From: Cytophagales bacterium
GTDB lineage: Bacteria > Bacteroidota > Bacteroidia > Cytophagales > JAAEPT01
Direction of reading: 5' to 3'
Assembly: GCA_024232295.1 (NCBI GenBank)
Contig: JAAEPT010000129.1
Span: 3,769 to 67,768, forward strand
DNA length: 64,000 nt
Below, one piece after another: positions 35,482 to 46,130 of the stretch (position 1 is its first letter; each line of letters begins with the position of its first letter). A program made the translations under genes and the position numbers. The notes under the pieces were generated by a model. The model did no database searches. It was not told the origin of the DNA and saw only the letters and a program-made list of their open reading frames with translations.

Positions 35482-37470
35482 ATGAGCATCTATATACATT
35501 TACGTTCTTTTATCTTATCATCCTTATTATTAACAACCTCTATTCTATCAGCACAAGAGAACGACACCACTTCAATAAGTGGAGATGATTTTTTTGAAAT
35601 TAGTCTGGAAGAATTGATGAATATTAAAGTGGAGGTAACCGGAGAAAATCAGCTCTCTTTAAGAGAAACACCTGGGATTATCACAGTTATTACAGAAAAA
35701 GAAATTCAAAAATCTGGAGCTCGTGATCTAGTAGACTTACTACGTACGGTACCTGGATTGGACTTTGTTGGAGACATTGAAAATACTGTTGGATTGGGTA
35801 TCCGAGGAAATGTTTCTATGGAAGGAAAAATCTTAGTATTGGTAGATGGACTTGAAATGAATGAAACAGGTTATGGAACAGTAGTGTTTGGTAATCGTTT
35901 TATGACAGAAAACATCAAAAAAATTGAGATTATTCGTGGACCAGGTTCTGCTGTATATGGTGGTTTGGCTGAATTAGCTGTAATCAATATCATTACAAAA
36001 GATACAGAAGGAGCTTATGCTTCTACTACTGGAGGGCTTTCTAATAGTGCTTTGTCTAGAGCAAATGCTCAAGTTGGTTATGGAACCAAAATTGGTGAAG
36101 TAAAAATCAATTTTTCTGGTTCTTATAGTGAAACAAATAGGAGTAATGAAACAATTGACTATGCCACAAACTATATTGATGATGAAAACGGAGCTCCAAT
36201 TTCACAAAACTATGCAGATAGCTCAGTGATTAGAAATGTTGATTTAAACTTGGGAATCAACTATAAAGGCTTATCAATTAGAGGTATTTACCAAGATCAC
36301 TCTGTTCAATATAACTATGACAGTGGAGATTGGGTAAAATTTGGTGGAACTTATTTGGGGGCTAAATATGATTGGAAAATCAATGAAAAATTAAAAATTA
36401 CTCCATTAGTTACTTGGAAACACGTACTGCCATGGACTTACTCAGGTAATTTATCTGGAGACTCTCATTATTATACTAACAGAAATTTCCGTTCTACTCA
36501 AAAAATAACTGCTTTATACAAAATACATGATGATATTACCATTACACTAGGTGGAGAATCTTATCAAGATCAAGCAGTATTCCCTGATGATTCTTTGGTA
36601 TTTTCAAATGGTGAAAGTTCTATTTCTTATTATAATATTGGAGCTTTTGGTGAGGTAGCTTGGGCAAATAGAATTGCAAACTTTACATTAGGAGCTAGAT
36701 ATGATCATCACAATCAATTTGGTGGAGCATTTGTACCAAGATTTGCCATTACAAAAGCATTTGATAAATTACATTTCAAAGGATTAGTTTCTCGTGCTTT
36801 CAAAGCTCCAGTTATCAATAACTTTGAATTAAACCCTAATATTAAACCAGAACTTACAACAGTTGCTGAGTTAGAGATTGGGTATAAATTAGGAGACAAT
36901 TGGGCATTGATTGCAAATGCTTTCTACACAGATATTGAAGACCCTATTTTATACATTTATGATGGAGAAACTTTCGAAGAAGATTATCAAAATTTAACAA
37001 GAGCTTCTACTATTGGTACAGAATTATCAATTAGAACCCATCAATCATGGGGAAATATCAATGCTAATTATTCTTTCTATTATAATAACAATACAGAAGC
37101 AGCTGGTTATCTTAACGAATTGGATGAAACATTATTAAATGCATTCCCTGCTCATAAAATTTCAATAACATCACAGATTAATATTGGAGAAAAATTCACT
37201 ATTTCACCAACGTTAATTTATAACAGTAAGAAAGTTGGGTATTTCTATCAAGATGAATATTGGGAAAATTATGCTGCTTATGAGTATGATCCTACTCTAA
37301 TTGCAAACCTTGTTTTATTCTATCAAGTTACAAAAGGATTGAATATTTCTGCAGGAGTATATGATATTTTAAATCAGCGATTTGTAGCAGTAAATGCATA
37401 TGATGCTGGATATTATGGAACACCTTTTATGGGAAGAGAATTTACATTAAAAGCGATGTACAAATTCTAG
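35482..37470 (+). CDS. TonB-dependent receptor
   Basis: ISLEELMNIKV, plug motif TPGIITVITEKEI, IEIIRGPGSAVYG, PELTTVAE, terminal GREFTLKAMYKF. Confidence 0.93.
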   Translation: MSIYIHLRSFILSSLLLTTSILSAQENDTTSISGDDFFEISLEELMNIKVEVTGENQLSLRETPGIITVITEKEIQKSGARDLVDLLRTVPGLDFVGDIENTVGLGIRGNVSMEGKILVLVDGLEMNETGYGTVVFGNRFMTENIKKIEIIRGPGSAVYGGLAELAVINIITKDTEGAYASTTGGLSNSALSRANAQVGYGTKIGEVKINFSGSYSETNRSNETIDYATNYIDDENGAPISQNYADSSVIRNVDLNLGINYKGLSIRGIYQDHSVQYNYDSGDWVKFGGTYLGAKYDWKINEKLKITPLVTWKHVLPWTYSGNLSGDSHYYTNRNFRSTQKITALYKIHDDITITLGGESYQDQAVFPDDSLVFSNGESSISYYNIGAFGEVAWANRIANFTLGARYDHHNQFGGAFVPRFAITKAFDKLHFKGLVSRAFKAPVINNFELNPNIKPELTTVAELEIGYKLGDNWALIANAFYTDIEDPILYIYDGETFEEDYQNLTRASTIGTELSIRTHQSWGNINANYSFYYNNNTEAAGYLNELDETLLNAFPAHKISITSQINIGEKFTISPTLIYNSKKVGYFYQDEYWENYAAYEYDPTLIANLVLFYQVTKGLNISAGVYDILNQRFVAVNAYDAGYYGTPFMGREFTLKAMYKF

Positions 37471-37490
37471 TTTCAAAAAGCAAAATCACA

Positions 37491-37530
37491 AGAAAAGAGA
37501 TATTTTTACTGACAAAATATCTCCTTTTTT
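37491..37530. terminator. Intrinsic terminator between convergent genes
   Basis: GAGATATTTT...AAAATATCTC with flanking A/T runs. Confidence 0.75.
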
Positions 37531-37534
37531 ATTG

Positions 37535-38464
37535 CTACACAAAGCAACTTTCTAGCCCCTCCTTTATTTCTTCTTTCTTAAGATTTTTACCAATAAAGAC
37601 AACCTTAGATAAGTGTTCATCAGTTTCCCAACTACTTCCTCTCCCCATCACATAATCTTTTCCTACAGACTGTAAAATTATCTTTTGTGTTTGTCCTTCA
37701 ATAGCTAATATTCCTTTCACACGATAAATACTTTCTGCATTTAGCAGCAGCATTATATTTAACCAATTTCCAAGTTTGTTAATATCAAATGCTTTTGTGA
37801 AAGTAAAAGAATAAGAGTGAATGTGATGTTTACTTACCAATTGCTCTTCAACTTTTTTAACTTTATAAGCTGATAAATTCAAGATATCTGTTGTTTCAAC
37901 TTTTGAAAAATTGGTGTATTCCTTTTCTGCGAAAGGGTTAATCTCTTCCAACAATTGCTTACAGTTTGTCAAAGTATCTTTAGAAACATCATCTGTTTTA
38001 TTCAATAAAATTAGATCTGCAAAACCCAATTGTTTTTGAACAAGAGATTCTTGTTGGAGTCTACTTTCTAGAGTAGTCGCATCAGCTAACGCTACCACTC
38101 CATCAACAGAGAACATCCCTTGAAAATGAATATCATTGATGATACTCCCAACCACAGAGCTGGGATCTGCTACACCTGTTGTTTCAATCAAAACATGTTC
38201 GAATTCATAATCTTGCACTAACAATTTATTGAGTGTTTTCTTCAAATCATCATTTAAAGAACAACAAACACAACCATTAGATAGTGCAAAAATTCCATCT
38301 TTTGCATAAGTTACTAATTCATCATCGATACTCATGGAACCAAATTCGTTTTCAATGATTGCGAACTTAGTATCTGGATATTTTTCAAATAAATGGTTTA
38401 ATAAAGTTGTTTTTCCTGCACCCAAAAAACCAGTAAGTACAGTAATTGGTATATTTTTTCTCAT
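37535..38464 (-). CDS. COG0523/CobW-family GTPase metallochaperone
   Basis: TGFLGAGKTT, NEFG, GCVCCS, IETTG, LNKTD, YRVKG. Confidence 0.95.
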   Translation of the reverse strand: MRKNIPITVLTGFLGAGKTTLLNHLFEKYPDTKFAIIENEFGSMSIDDELVTYAKDGIFALSNGCVCCSLNDDLKKTLNKLLVQDYEFEHVLIETTGVADPSSVVGSIINDIHFQGMFSVDGVVALADATTLESRLQQESLVQKQLGFADLILLNKTDDVSKDTLTNCKQLLEEINPFAEKEYTNFSKVETTDILNLSAYKVKKVEEQLVSKHHIHSYSFTFTKAFDINKLGNWLNIMLLLNAESIYRVKGILAIEGQTQKIILQSVGKDYVMGRGSSWETDEHLSKVVFIGKNLKKEEIKEGLESCFV

Positions 38465-38475
38465 TTATTTCTCAT

Positions 38476-39984
38476 TTAAACAAGACCATATAAGACATCC
38501 ATTACTTGTGTCATAGCATAAGTATCAAGTGTACAATAATCTTTTAAATCTTGCAACAACTTCTCTTCATCTCCTTCAAACATTCCTTCTGCCCATTGAG
38601 CATAAGCAAGGCTTGCCATCAAACCATTTTGTAAATTTAAACCTTTATAATCCATATTTGGAATCAAAGCAGGAAGAACAGCTTTCATAGAATGTAAGCC
38701 TTTCATTTCTGGAGTGTAAATGTATTTTTGAGCAAATGGCTCTACCAAATCAACCATTTTGTTCATTAATTCCTCAATTGCTATTCGGTAACGAGGAAAA
38801 ACTTGTATTAGATAATTGAGATAATACTTTTCAAAACTAACATCATAAACTAAGATTGTCTTTGCTTCCTTAGTATCTTTTAAGAGTTTCTCTAGCAAAA
38901 CTAACCTTACATCACGCTCATCATTAGGAAGATGAAGAAAATCAATGTGTGAAAGCTCTCCTCCTCTTTCTTGTTGAGTATGTATGGAATACTGGAAAAC
39001 ACATTGTTGCAAAGGACTCATTCCTTTTTCCCTTGGTAAAAAAGGTTGATAAGATTCAAAGTCTAAATAAATTAATGGATATTGAATACTTTGAAGAAAA
39101 GCAATCATTTCCTTTTGTTTCAAATAACTCCGACCAGTTGTACTCGATTTAATCTGTAACTTTTGATTCTCGGAAAGATTAAGTTTTAATTCATTTTCAC
39201 TTTCCAACAACTGCTCCATTGTTTCAACCCCTTCGTGATATAAATTAAATTTATCATACTGTTGAGACCCTACTAAATCAAATACAGAATTTTCTGGTAC
39301 ATTTTTCCAACAATAAGACTTAATTCTACATTCATAAGGAACTAAACATCTTTTATTAATTTCAACTTCGGGAACCTCTTCCTTTTGAAGGACTTTAGTA
39401 TACCTCTTCATTTGGCGAGCTACCCAAGATGAAGCTTCCTTTATTTCTTGAAATTTAGAAACACGTTTAAAGCATTGAGTCAAAATAAGTTTTTCACCTC
39501 GATAGTACTCTTTATTAAGCACAATAAATGAAAAATCATTTACATAAGCCTTAACTTCTTTAAGCACATTCCACTTAAAAGCAGCAAATGTGATTCCTCC
39601 TTTGGTCACTTTTGTTCCTGCTTTTACTTCATAAGCAGTCCAAGAACCTCTTCGCCAAACCATAATATCAATCACAACTACTGCATTATTTGCAATAAAA
39701 ACAGCATTGTAAAGTACTTTGTGTTTTAGCTTAATTAGTTTTTCTGTTTTCTCAGCAGATTGCTCATAACTATCACAACCTTCCTGAGCATCCACTCCTT
39801 TAGGAAATAGTTTTTGAGCTAATTTACGAAGGTAAACTGTTCTTTTTTTGATGGCTCTTTGCTCGTCAGAAACTTCAAAATGTTTATTGGACAAATCTCC
39901 TTTATTTAAAAGAAATAATTGTTTTGTACACTGAAGTCCTTTCGCAAAAGAGGAACGAGATAATGTATATTCTTTTTGATTCAA
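38476..39984 (-). CDS. DUF2779-domain nuclease (Cas4/AddB-like N-terminus plus RNase H-like C-terminus)
   Basis: LSRSSFAKGLQC; D...EVK; RCLVPYECRIKSYCW; YLDFES; YDVSFEK; YCTLDT. Confidence 0.85.
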   Translation of the reverse strand: MNQKEYTLSRSSFAKGLQCTKQLFLLNKGDLSNKHFEVSDEQRAIKKRTVYLRKLAQKLFPKGVDAQEGCDSYEQSAEKTEKLIKLKHKVLYNAVFIANNAVVVIDIMVWRRGSWTAYEVKAGTKVTKGGITFAAFKWNVLKEVKAYVNDFSFIVLNKEYYRGEKLILTQCFKRVSKFQEIKEASSWVARQMKRYTKVLQKEEVPEVEINKRCLVPYECRIKSYCWKNVPENSVFDLVGSQQYDKFNLYHEGVETMEQLLESENELKLNLSENQKLQIKSSTTGRSYLKQKEMIAFLQSIQYPLIYLDFESYQPFLPREKGMSPLQQCVFQYSIHTQQERGGELSHIDFLHLPNDERDVRLVLLEKLLKDTKEAKTILVYDVSFEKYYLNYLIQVFPRYRIAIEELMNKMVDLVEPFAQKYIYTPEMKGLHSMKAVLPALIPNMDYKGLNLQNGLMASLAYAQWAEGMFEGDEEKLLQDLKDYCTLDTYAMTQVMDVLYGLV

Positions 39985-40000
39985 TAGAATACTTCTTTCT

Positions 40001-40786
40001 TTATAAATTCCATGTTGTATTTAGCTCTGCCAAATAGTGGTGAGCAGTCATATCATACTGACAAGGCACAATAGACACATAATTATTCTGGACAGCCCAT
40101 TCATCAGAATCTTCTGCATGGTCAAAATTTTCAAACTCTCCAGACATCCAAAAATAGCGTTTCCCCATAGGATCATGTCTTTCATCAAATTTTTCTAACC
40201 ACCTTGCCTTAGCCTGTCTACAAATGCGAATTCCCTTGATTTCCTCTTCTTGTTTGGGAGGGAAATTCACATTCAAAGTAAGTCCTTTTTGTATTTTTTT
40301 ATCCAAAGCCTCTTTGATAATTTGATGGATATAAGGCTCTATATGACTTAAGTCTGCACTATGATCATAATCACAAAGACTAAAACCAATGGAAGGATGT
40401 CCTTCTATAGCTGCTTCAATAGCTGCTGAAATAGTTCCAGAATAAAGTACTGATACAGATGTATTACTTCCATGATTAATACCACTTAATACCAAATCAG
40501 GAGCTTCGCCTTTTAGTACATGATGTTTTGCTAGTTTCACACAATCAGCAGGTGTACCAGAGCACTCATATGCTTCTACTCCATCATACAAATCAACAGG
40601 TTCCAAACGCAGCACATGTCCTATTGTAATAGCATGTCCCATAGCAGATTGTGGTTTATTTGGGGCAACTACCACAACATCACCATAGTTTTTGGCAATT
40701 TCGATCAATAGACGAATACCATTAGAGGTAATTCCATCATCATTCGTCACTAATATTTTCGGTCGATTCATCTTGTTCTTGTGCAA
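40001..40786 (-). CDS. surE: 5'/3'-nucleotidase SurE
   Basis: LVTNDDGI, QSAMGHAIT, GTPADCV, SGINHGSN, YSGT. The start may be at 40771. Confidence 0.97.
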   Translation of the reverse strand: MHKNKMNRPKILVTNDDGITSNGIRLLIEIAKNYGDVVVVAPNKPQSAMGHAITIGHVLRLEPVDLYDGVEAYECSGTPADCVKLAKHHVLKGEAPDLVLSGINHGSNTSVSVLYSGTISAAIEAAIEGHPSIGFSLCDYDHSADLSHIEPYIHQIIKEALDKKIQKGLTLNVNFPPKQEEEIKGIRICRQAKARWLEKFDERHDPMGKRYFWMSGEFENFDHAEDSDEWAVQNNYVSIVPCQYDMTAHHYLAELNTTWNL

Positions 40787-41444
40787 TTAATTTTTCAAAG
40801 TAACCAAAGATACTAATCATTTGTTCTTTGGGGGTATATGAATAACGATATTTATTTTTCTTCATAAAACGTTTCATATCTGCCTTGTAAAGACCAAAAA
40901 ATTTATATAGACCTTTCCTACTATTTCGAAGTGGAATTAAGTACAAACTACCTTTAAGTAAATAATAATAATCATAACCCAATTCATAATCCCGAATCGC
41001 AAAACCTTGACTTGCCATAGCTGCTTGTCGACTCAGCTGAATACGTTCTCTTGTAAACAAGGTATAAATCCCTCCCACTGACAAAACTTCAAAATACATC
41101 TCAATTTGATATTCTTCAGAAATATAAATACGTTGGGTAGAAAAATGTCTCTTAGTATGACTGAGAGAATCTATAAAATCAAAAGATCGAACATCTTTTG
41201 GATAAAAAGCCTTTTGTTTACCATCTTGTTGATACAAAAGAATATTTTCAGGTAAGTTATAAAAGAGTAAACCTTTTAATGTATCTCCCTTCTTAAAAAT
41301 AATTTCTCCCTGATGCCAAAGATCAGAAGAAAATAGTTGTTCGTCTTGCTGGGCAAAGGAAAAAATAGAAAAACAAAAAAAAGCAACAAAGCCAAGTCCT
41401 TTGAACTTGGCATTTATTACTCTTTGAATCTTTGACAATATCAT
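40740..41444 (-). CDS. Secreted hypothetical protein
   Basis: Signal-like FFCFSIFSFAQ; WHQGEIIFKKGDTLKG pattern seen in Bacteroidota hypotheticals; exact start uncertain. Confidence 0.75.
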   Translation of the reverse strand: MILSKIQRVINAKFKGLGFVAFFCFSIFSFAQQDEQLFSSDLWHQGEIIFKKGDTLKGLLFYNLPENILLYQQDGKQKAFYPKDVRSFDFIDSLSHTKRHFSTQRIYISEEYQIEMYFEVLSVGGIYTLFTRERIQLSRQAAMASQGFAIRDYELGYDYYYLLKGSLYLIPLRNSRKGLYKFFGLYKADMKRFMKKNKYRYSYTPKEQMISIFGYFEKLIAQEQDESTENISDE

Positions 41445-41462
41445 GTCATATATTGTATTAAA

Positions 41463-42671
41463 TTAACCTTTTAAAATATCATGTCCCATCTTATCACGTT
41501 TCGTTTTAAGATAGTTTTCATTGTGTTCGTTTGGAGCAATTTCAATTGCTACATTATCCACAATTTCTAGTCCATAGCCCATCAATCCAACACGCTTTTT
41601 AGGGTTATTACTTAACAAACGAATTTTGCTTACTTCCAAATCACGTAAAATTTGAGCTCCTACACCATAATCACGCTCATCACTCTTGAAACCTAAAGCT
41701 TCATTTGCTTGAACAGTGTCCATTCCCTCTTCTTGTAAGTTATATGCTTTTAGCTTGTTCACTAAGCCAATGCCCCTACCTTCTTGATTCATGTATACAA
41801 TAACACCTTTTCCCTCTTTTTCAATCATCTGCATAGCAGATTGTAATTGAGGACCACAATCACATCTACAAGAGCCAAAAATATCACCAGTTATGCAAGA
41901 AGAGTGAACTCTTACCATAATTGGCTCATCAGATTCCCATGATCCTTTAGAAAGAGTCATGTGAATATCACCAGTATTAATTTGTTTATAGGCAGTTAAA
42001 TCAAATGTTCCCCACTCTGTAGGTAACTTTACAGTTGTTTGCTTTTCAATTAGTGATTCTTTTTCCAAACGATATTCAATCAAATCTTTGATTGTCACTA
42101 ATTTCAAATCAAAACGCTCTGCTACTTTTTTCAAATCTGGAAGTCGAGCCATTGTCCCATCTTCATTCATGATTTCAACCAATACTCCAGCAGGAGTCAA
42201 ATTAGCTAAACGAGCAAAATCTACGGCTGCTTCTGTATGTCCTGCTCTACGCAATACACCACCTTTTCTTGCTTTCAATGGAAAAATATGACCAGGTTTA
42301 CCCAAACGAGCAGGATCAATATTAGGGTTTGCTAATGCTAATATTGTTTTGGCTCTATCACTTGCAGAAATACCAGTAGTACATCCATCACCAATCAAAT
42401 CAACAGACACAGTAAATGGTGTTTCGAAAGCTGCTGAGTTTTTACCCACCATCATTTCTAAGCCCAATTCATTACAACGTTCTTCTAAAATAGAAGCACA
42501 AATTAAGCCTCGTCCATGAGTAGCCATAAAGTTTACAATTTCGGGAGTTATTTTTTCTGCTGCACAAATAAAATCCCCCTCATTCTCACGATCCTCATCA
42601 TCTACAACAATGATTACTTCTCCATTACGAATAGCTTCAATAGCTTCTTCAATTGTATTTAATTTACTCAT
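41463..42671 (-). CDS. ribBA: Bifunctional DHBP synthase / GTP cyclohydrolase II
   Basis: [56 protein letters not shown]. Confidence 0.98.
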   Translation of the reverse strand: MSKLNTIEEAIEAIRNGEVIIVVDDEDRENEGDFICAAEKITPEIVNFMATHGRGLICASILEERCNELGLEMMVGKNSAAFETPFTVSVDLIGDGCTTGISASDRAKTILALANPNIDPARLGKPGHIFPLKARKGGVLRRAGHTEAAVDFARLANLTPAGVLVEIMNEDGTMARLPDLKKVAERFDLKLVTIKDLIEYRLEKESLIEKQTTVKLPTEWGTFDLTAYKQINTGDIHMTLSKGSWESDEPIMVRVHSSCITGDIFGSCRCDCGPQLQSAMQMIEKEGKGVIVYMNQEGRGIGLVNKLKAYNLQEEGMDTVQANEALGFKSDERDYGVGAQILRDLEVSKIRLLSNNPKKRVGLMGYGLEIVDNVAIEIAPNEHNENYLKTKRDKMGHDILKG

Positions 42672-43856
42672 TTACTGAAATCTTTGAGTTGGTGTCCAAA
42701 TATTATTTTCTACGCCCTTCATATATTTAAAAAAACCAACTAGCAAGGCTAAGTTCATTAAATAGAAGTGACTAATAAAACGAAATCCAAAAATATGGAT
42801 CTTCAATTTTTGTAATAAAGTATCCCAAATAGGAATACTCATCAATATTAACTGAGCGTACAACAAATAACCGTATAAAGAAGTTTGGTAATACGCTAAA
42901 ATTCCGCTAGAAATTATCGCAAGTAAAATACAAAAGGGTCCTAACCAACGAAGTACCTTATGTGATAGAAAGGAAAAACCTAGCCCTTTATAGAAAGGGA
43001 AAAGTGTTTTTTTGAAGCGTCCCAAGTTTTGGAAGTTTCCAATAGAAATACGAACCTTTCTACGAAATTCCTCAGAAGCTTTATTACTAACATCTTCATA
43101 ACAAATTGCTTCTAATTCATTAATTGCCTTTTTTCCTTTTTCAAGTACCACAAATGTTAAGAAGAAATCATCTACAATAAAACCTTTTGGTACTGTAACA
43201 AAAGAAGCTGAACGCATAGAATACACACCTCCAAATGCACCCATCATACTTCCCCATAATATACCTTCTTGGTACTTCATAATATTTTCTCTTTGCAAGT
43301 ATGTTTTCTCTTGGTGAGAAATACCATCTTTTTTGAGAGCTTGATTGAGAATATTTCCACCTACCAAGTGAATTTCTTCATTCTTATAATGTTTTACCAA
43401 CTGATAAATAGTTTCTTTATCAAAGAAAACATTTGCATCAGTCATAATGAATACTTCTCCTTTAGCAAATTCAGCTAACTTATTTATAATTCCTATTTTA
43501 CCTGTTCTTCCCTCAAACACATTTAGTTTCAGTTGAGGGTATTTTTGTTGATATTCTTTAATAATTTCTTCTGTTCTATCAGAAGAAGCATCAGAACCAA
43601 TCCAAAATTCTATTTTATCAAGTGGATATGAGGTATCAAAAGTACTTTTTATCTTTTCTTCAATTACTAATTCTTCATTGTAAGCAGCTAATAAAATTGA
43701 TACTTTAGGTAAGTCATTAATATTATTTAAAGCATAAATTTCTTCATTTTGTTTTTTACCCTTAGCGAGAATTGACAAAATAATAGGAAAGAACACATAA
43801 GTTTGAAACAAACCCAGTACTGCTATCCAAAATACTATATTTAGCAAAAGAACCAT
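42672..43856 (-). CDS. GT2 glycosyltransferase (IcaA/HmsR-like, membrane)
   Basis: [40 protein letters not shown]. Confidence 0.92.
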   Translation of the reverse strand: MVLLLNIVFWIAVLGLFQTYVFFPIILSILAKGKKQNEEIYALNNINDLPKVSILLAAYNEELVIEEKIKSTFDTSYPLDKIEFWIGSDASSDRTEEIIKEYQQKYPQLKLNVFEGRTGKIGIINKLAEFAKGEVFIMTDANVFFDKETIYQLVKHYKNEEIHLVGGNILNQALKKDGISHQEKTYLQRENIMKYQEGILWGSMMGAFGGVYSMRSASFVTVPKGFIVDDFFLTFVVLEKGKKAINELEAICYEDVSNKASEEFRRKVRISIGNFQNLGRFKKTLFPFYKGLGFSFLSHKVLRWLGPFCILLAIISSGILAYYQTSLYGYLLYAQLILMSIPIWDTLLQKLKIHIFGFRFISHFYLMNLALLVGFFKYMKGVENNIWTPTQRFQ

Positions 43857-43857
43857 T

Positions 43858-45060
43858 CTACTTTTCTATTAGTTTTTGATAATAAGCTAATAATTCTGCG
43901 GTTTTTGCAGTATTACTATAGCAGTCTTGAATAAGGAAATTTGCTTCTGTTCCTATCTTCTCTTGCTTTGCTCTATCATTTAGCAAAGTTACCAATTCTC
44001 TTACAAATTCTTGTTGAGTATCAGCAATTAATATATTTTTTTTGTGAGTACATTTTATTCCTTCAGCTCCGATAGATGTTGTAATAATTGGTTTACCTAA
44101 TGACATTCCTTCTACAATCTTGATACGCATCCCACTTCCAGACTTTAAGGGCACTACCATAATACTCTTGCTGTTCATAAAATCAATAGCAGATGGAACC
44201 TCTCCTATAACTTTCACATTCGGTATTTGATTATATTCATAAACCCATTCAGGAATATCTTTACCTGCAATAAAAAACTGAGCATTAGGCACCTCTTTCA
44301 ATACCTCTTCCCAAACTTCCTCTACAAACCAAGTAACTGCCTTTTGATTGGGGAGCCAATTTAATGAACCTAAATGATAAACTGTTAGAGGTTCATTTTG
44401 AGAAAAATCAGGTTTGAATAAATTAGTATCTACTCCAGTAGAAGAAACAAAACTTTCTGAAACCCCCCAATCTTTGAAATGCTTTTCATCAATGTCAGTA
44501 ATGGGAACAATTGCATCAAATTTTGGTAAAGTAGCTAATTCATATTCCTTCAATCGTTTAGTTAACAAATTTAAATATTGCTTCTTTGGAAAGCGAGAAT
44601 CATCTGCCAAACGAGCCCAAATCAAATGTTCAACATTGTGTTGTCTTAGAACTAATTTACTTTTAGGAGCATATTTACGAGCAGTATCTACATACATAGA
44701 GACAAATAAACCTTCAAAATGAATGATATCATACTCATTTTTTTGTAGTAACTCCTTTAACTTTTGATGAAAATCATCAATATCAAAACGAGAAATATTA
44801 TAAGATTCCTTTGAAAAAAGATTCAAAAAAGCATCTAAAGGACGTACTGAGGCATCCAAAGGTACAGTATAAAAATCGCCTAATTTTTTAAAATCAGTTG
44901 GTAATGTTTCTGGATCTACATAATGTTTTACAGTGTTAAAGCTCAACATTGTAAGTTCACATCCATGTTCATGAAAGCCCTTTGCCATATTGTACATAGC
45001 AATTGCTCCACCATCATGAGGAGGATATGGAACACGAAAACATAATTGTAATATTCTCAA
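43858..45060 (-). CDS. GT4 glycosyltransferase
   Basis: PYPPHDGG, HNVEH, GSLNWLPN, GSGMRIKIVEGM. Confidence 0.93.
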   Translation of the reverse strand: MRILQLCFRVPYPPHDGGAIAMYNMAKGFHEHGCELTMLSFNTVKHYVDPETLPTDFKKLGDFYTVPLDASVRPLDAFLNLFSKESYNISRFDIDDFHQKLKELLQKNEYDIIHFEGLFVSMYVDTARKYAPKSKLVLRQHNVEHLIWARLADDSRFPKKQYLNLLTKRLKEYELATLPKFDAIVPITDIDEKHFKDWGVSESFVSSTGVDTNLFKPDFSQNEPLTVYHLGSLNWLPNQKAVTWFVEEVWEEVLKEVPNAQFFIAGKDIPEWVYEYNQIPNVKVIGEVPSAIDFMNSKSIMVVPLKSGSGMRIKIVEGMSLGKPIITTSIGAEGIKCTHKKNILIADTQQEFVRELVTLLNDRAKQEKIGTEANFLIQDCYSNTAKTAELLAYYQKLIEK

Positions 45061-45063
45061 AAT

Positions 45064-46125
45064 TTATTTCTTTAAATAATTCTCTCTAAACTTAGTTAAT
45101 TGTTCTGGTACTCCCAACAAAATTAGAATATCATCAGGCTGTAATACTGTACCAGATGTAGGATGTAACACAAATTCTTTCCCTCCTTTTCTATACCCTA
45201 AAACACTTACTCCAAGGTGTGTTCGAATTTGCATATCTGCAAAACTCTTACCTTGATATTCGTCTGCCAACTCCTCATAAGTAAACTCTTCCAATTGTAA
45301 TTCGACTGTTTCATCTACTCCATTAATCATATCCATAAAAGCAATGACATGAGGTTTTTGTACCAATGTTGCCATGTGTTGTCCACCCATTACATCAGGC
45401 ATTACAACATGTTCTGCTCCTGCTCTTAATAGCTTTTGCTCTGAAGAAGCACGAGAAGCACGAGCCACAATTTTAATATCTGGATTAAGCTCCTTTGCTG
45501 TCAAAGTTACAAAAACATTCACAGCATCATCAGGCATAGAGGCAATTAATGCTTTAGCCTTAGCCACATTTGCTCGTTCTAATAGTTTTTCATCACTTGC
45601 ATCTCCTATTAAGTAAAAGGTGTTTGTCTCATCATCATAGCGTTTATTAAACACTTCTTCTGAAGAATCAATTACCACAAAATCTACTCCATCTTTTCGA
45701 AGTTCTTCACAAGCACGAAAACCATTACGCCCATAACCACATACAATCACATGATTTTCTAATTTTGAAATTGAACGACCACTCATATATCCATCAAAAA
45801 TTTCTCTTAATTCTCCTTCAAATAAATAGGTTGAAACTACCGATAAAAAGTAAGCAAATATACTTAAATTAAATAGTATATAAAATGAAGTAAATACTTG
45901 CCCTGATGATGACAAAGGACGAACTTCTCCAAAACCTACCGTAGAAATTGTCATCACAGTCATATAAAAAGCTTCTCTAAGACTGTAACCTTCTACCAAT
46001 ACAAAACCTGAAGTTCCAATTACAATACTTAATACAAGTAAAATAATGGCTCCTACTAGTTTTTCTAATCGTTGAGGTATTCTGGAAAATCTTCCTCTTC
46101 CTTTTCTTTCAATCTTTGCCTCCAT
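45064..46125 (-). CDS. Potassium channel (2TM pore with TrkA-N/C domains)
   Basis: TISTVGFG pore motif, VCGYGRNG, IVARA, RCK C-terminal domain. Confidence 0.93.
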   Translation of the reverse strand: MEAKIERKGRGRFSRIPQRLEKLVGAIILLVLSIVIGTSGFVLVEGYSLREAFYMTVMTISTVGFGEVRPLSSSGQVFTSFYILFNLSIFAYFLSVVSTYLFEGELREIFDGYMSGRSISKLENHVIVCGYGRNGFRACEELRKDGVDFVVIDSSEEVFNKRYDDETNTFYLIGDASDEKLLERANVAKAKALIASMPDDAVNVFVTLTAKELNPDIKIVARASRASSEQKLLRAGAEHVVMPDVMGGQHMATLVQKPHVIAFMDMINGVDETVELQLEEFTYEELADEYQGKSFADMQIRTHLGVSVLGYRKGGKEFVLHPTSGTVLQPDDILILLGVPEQLTKFRENYLKK

Positions 46126-46130
46126 TATCC

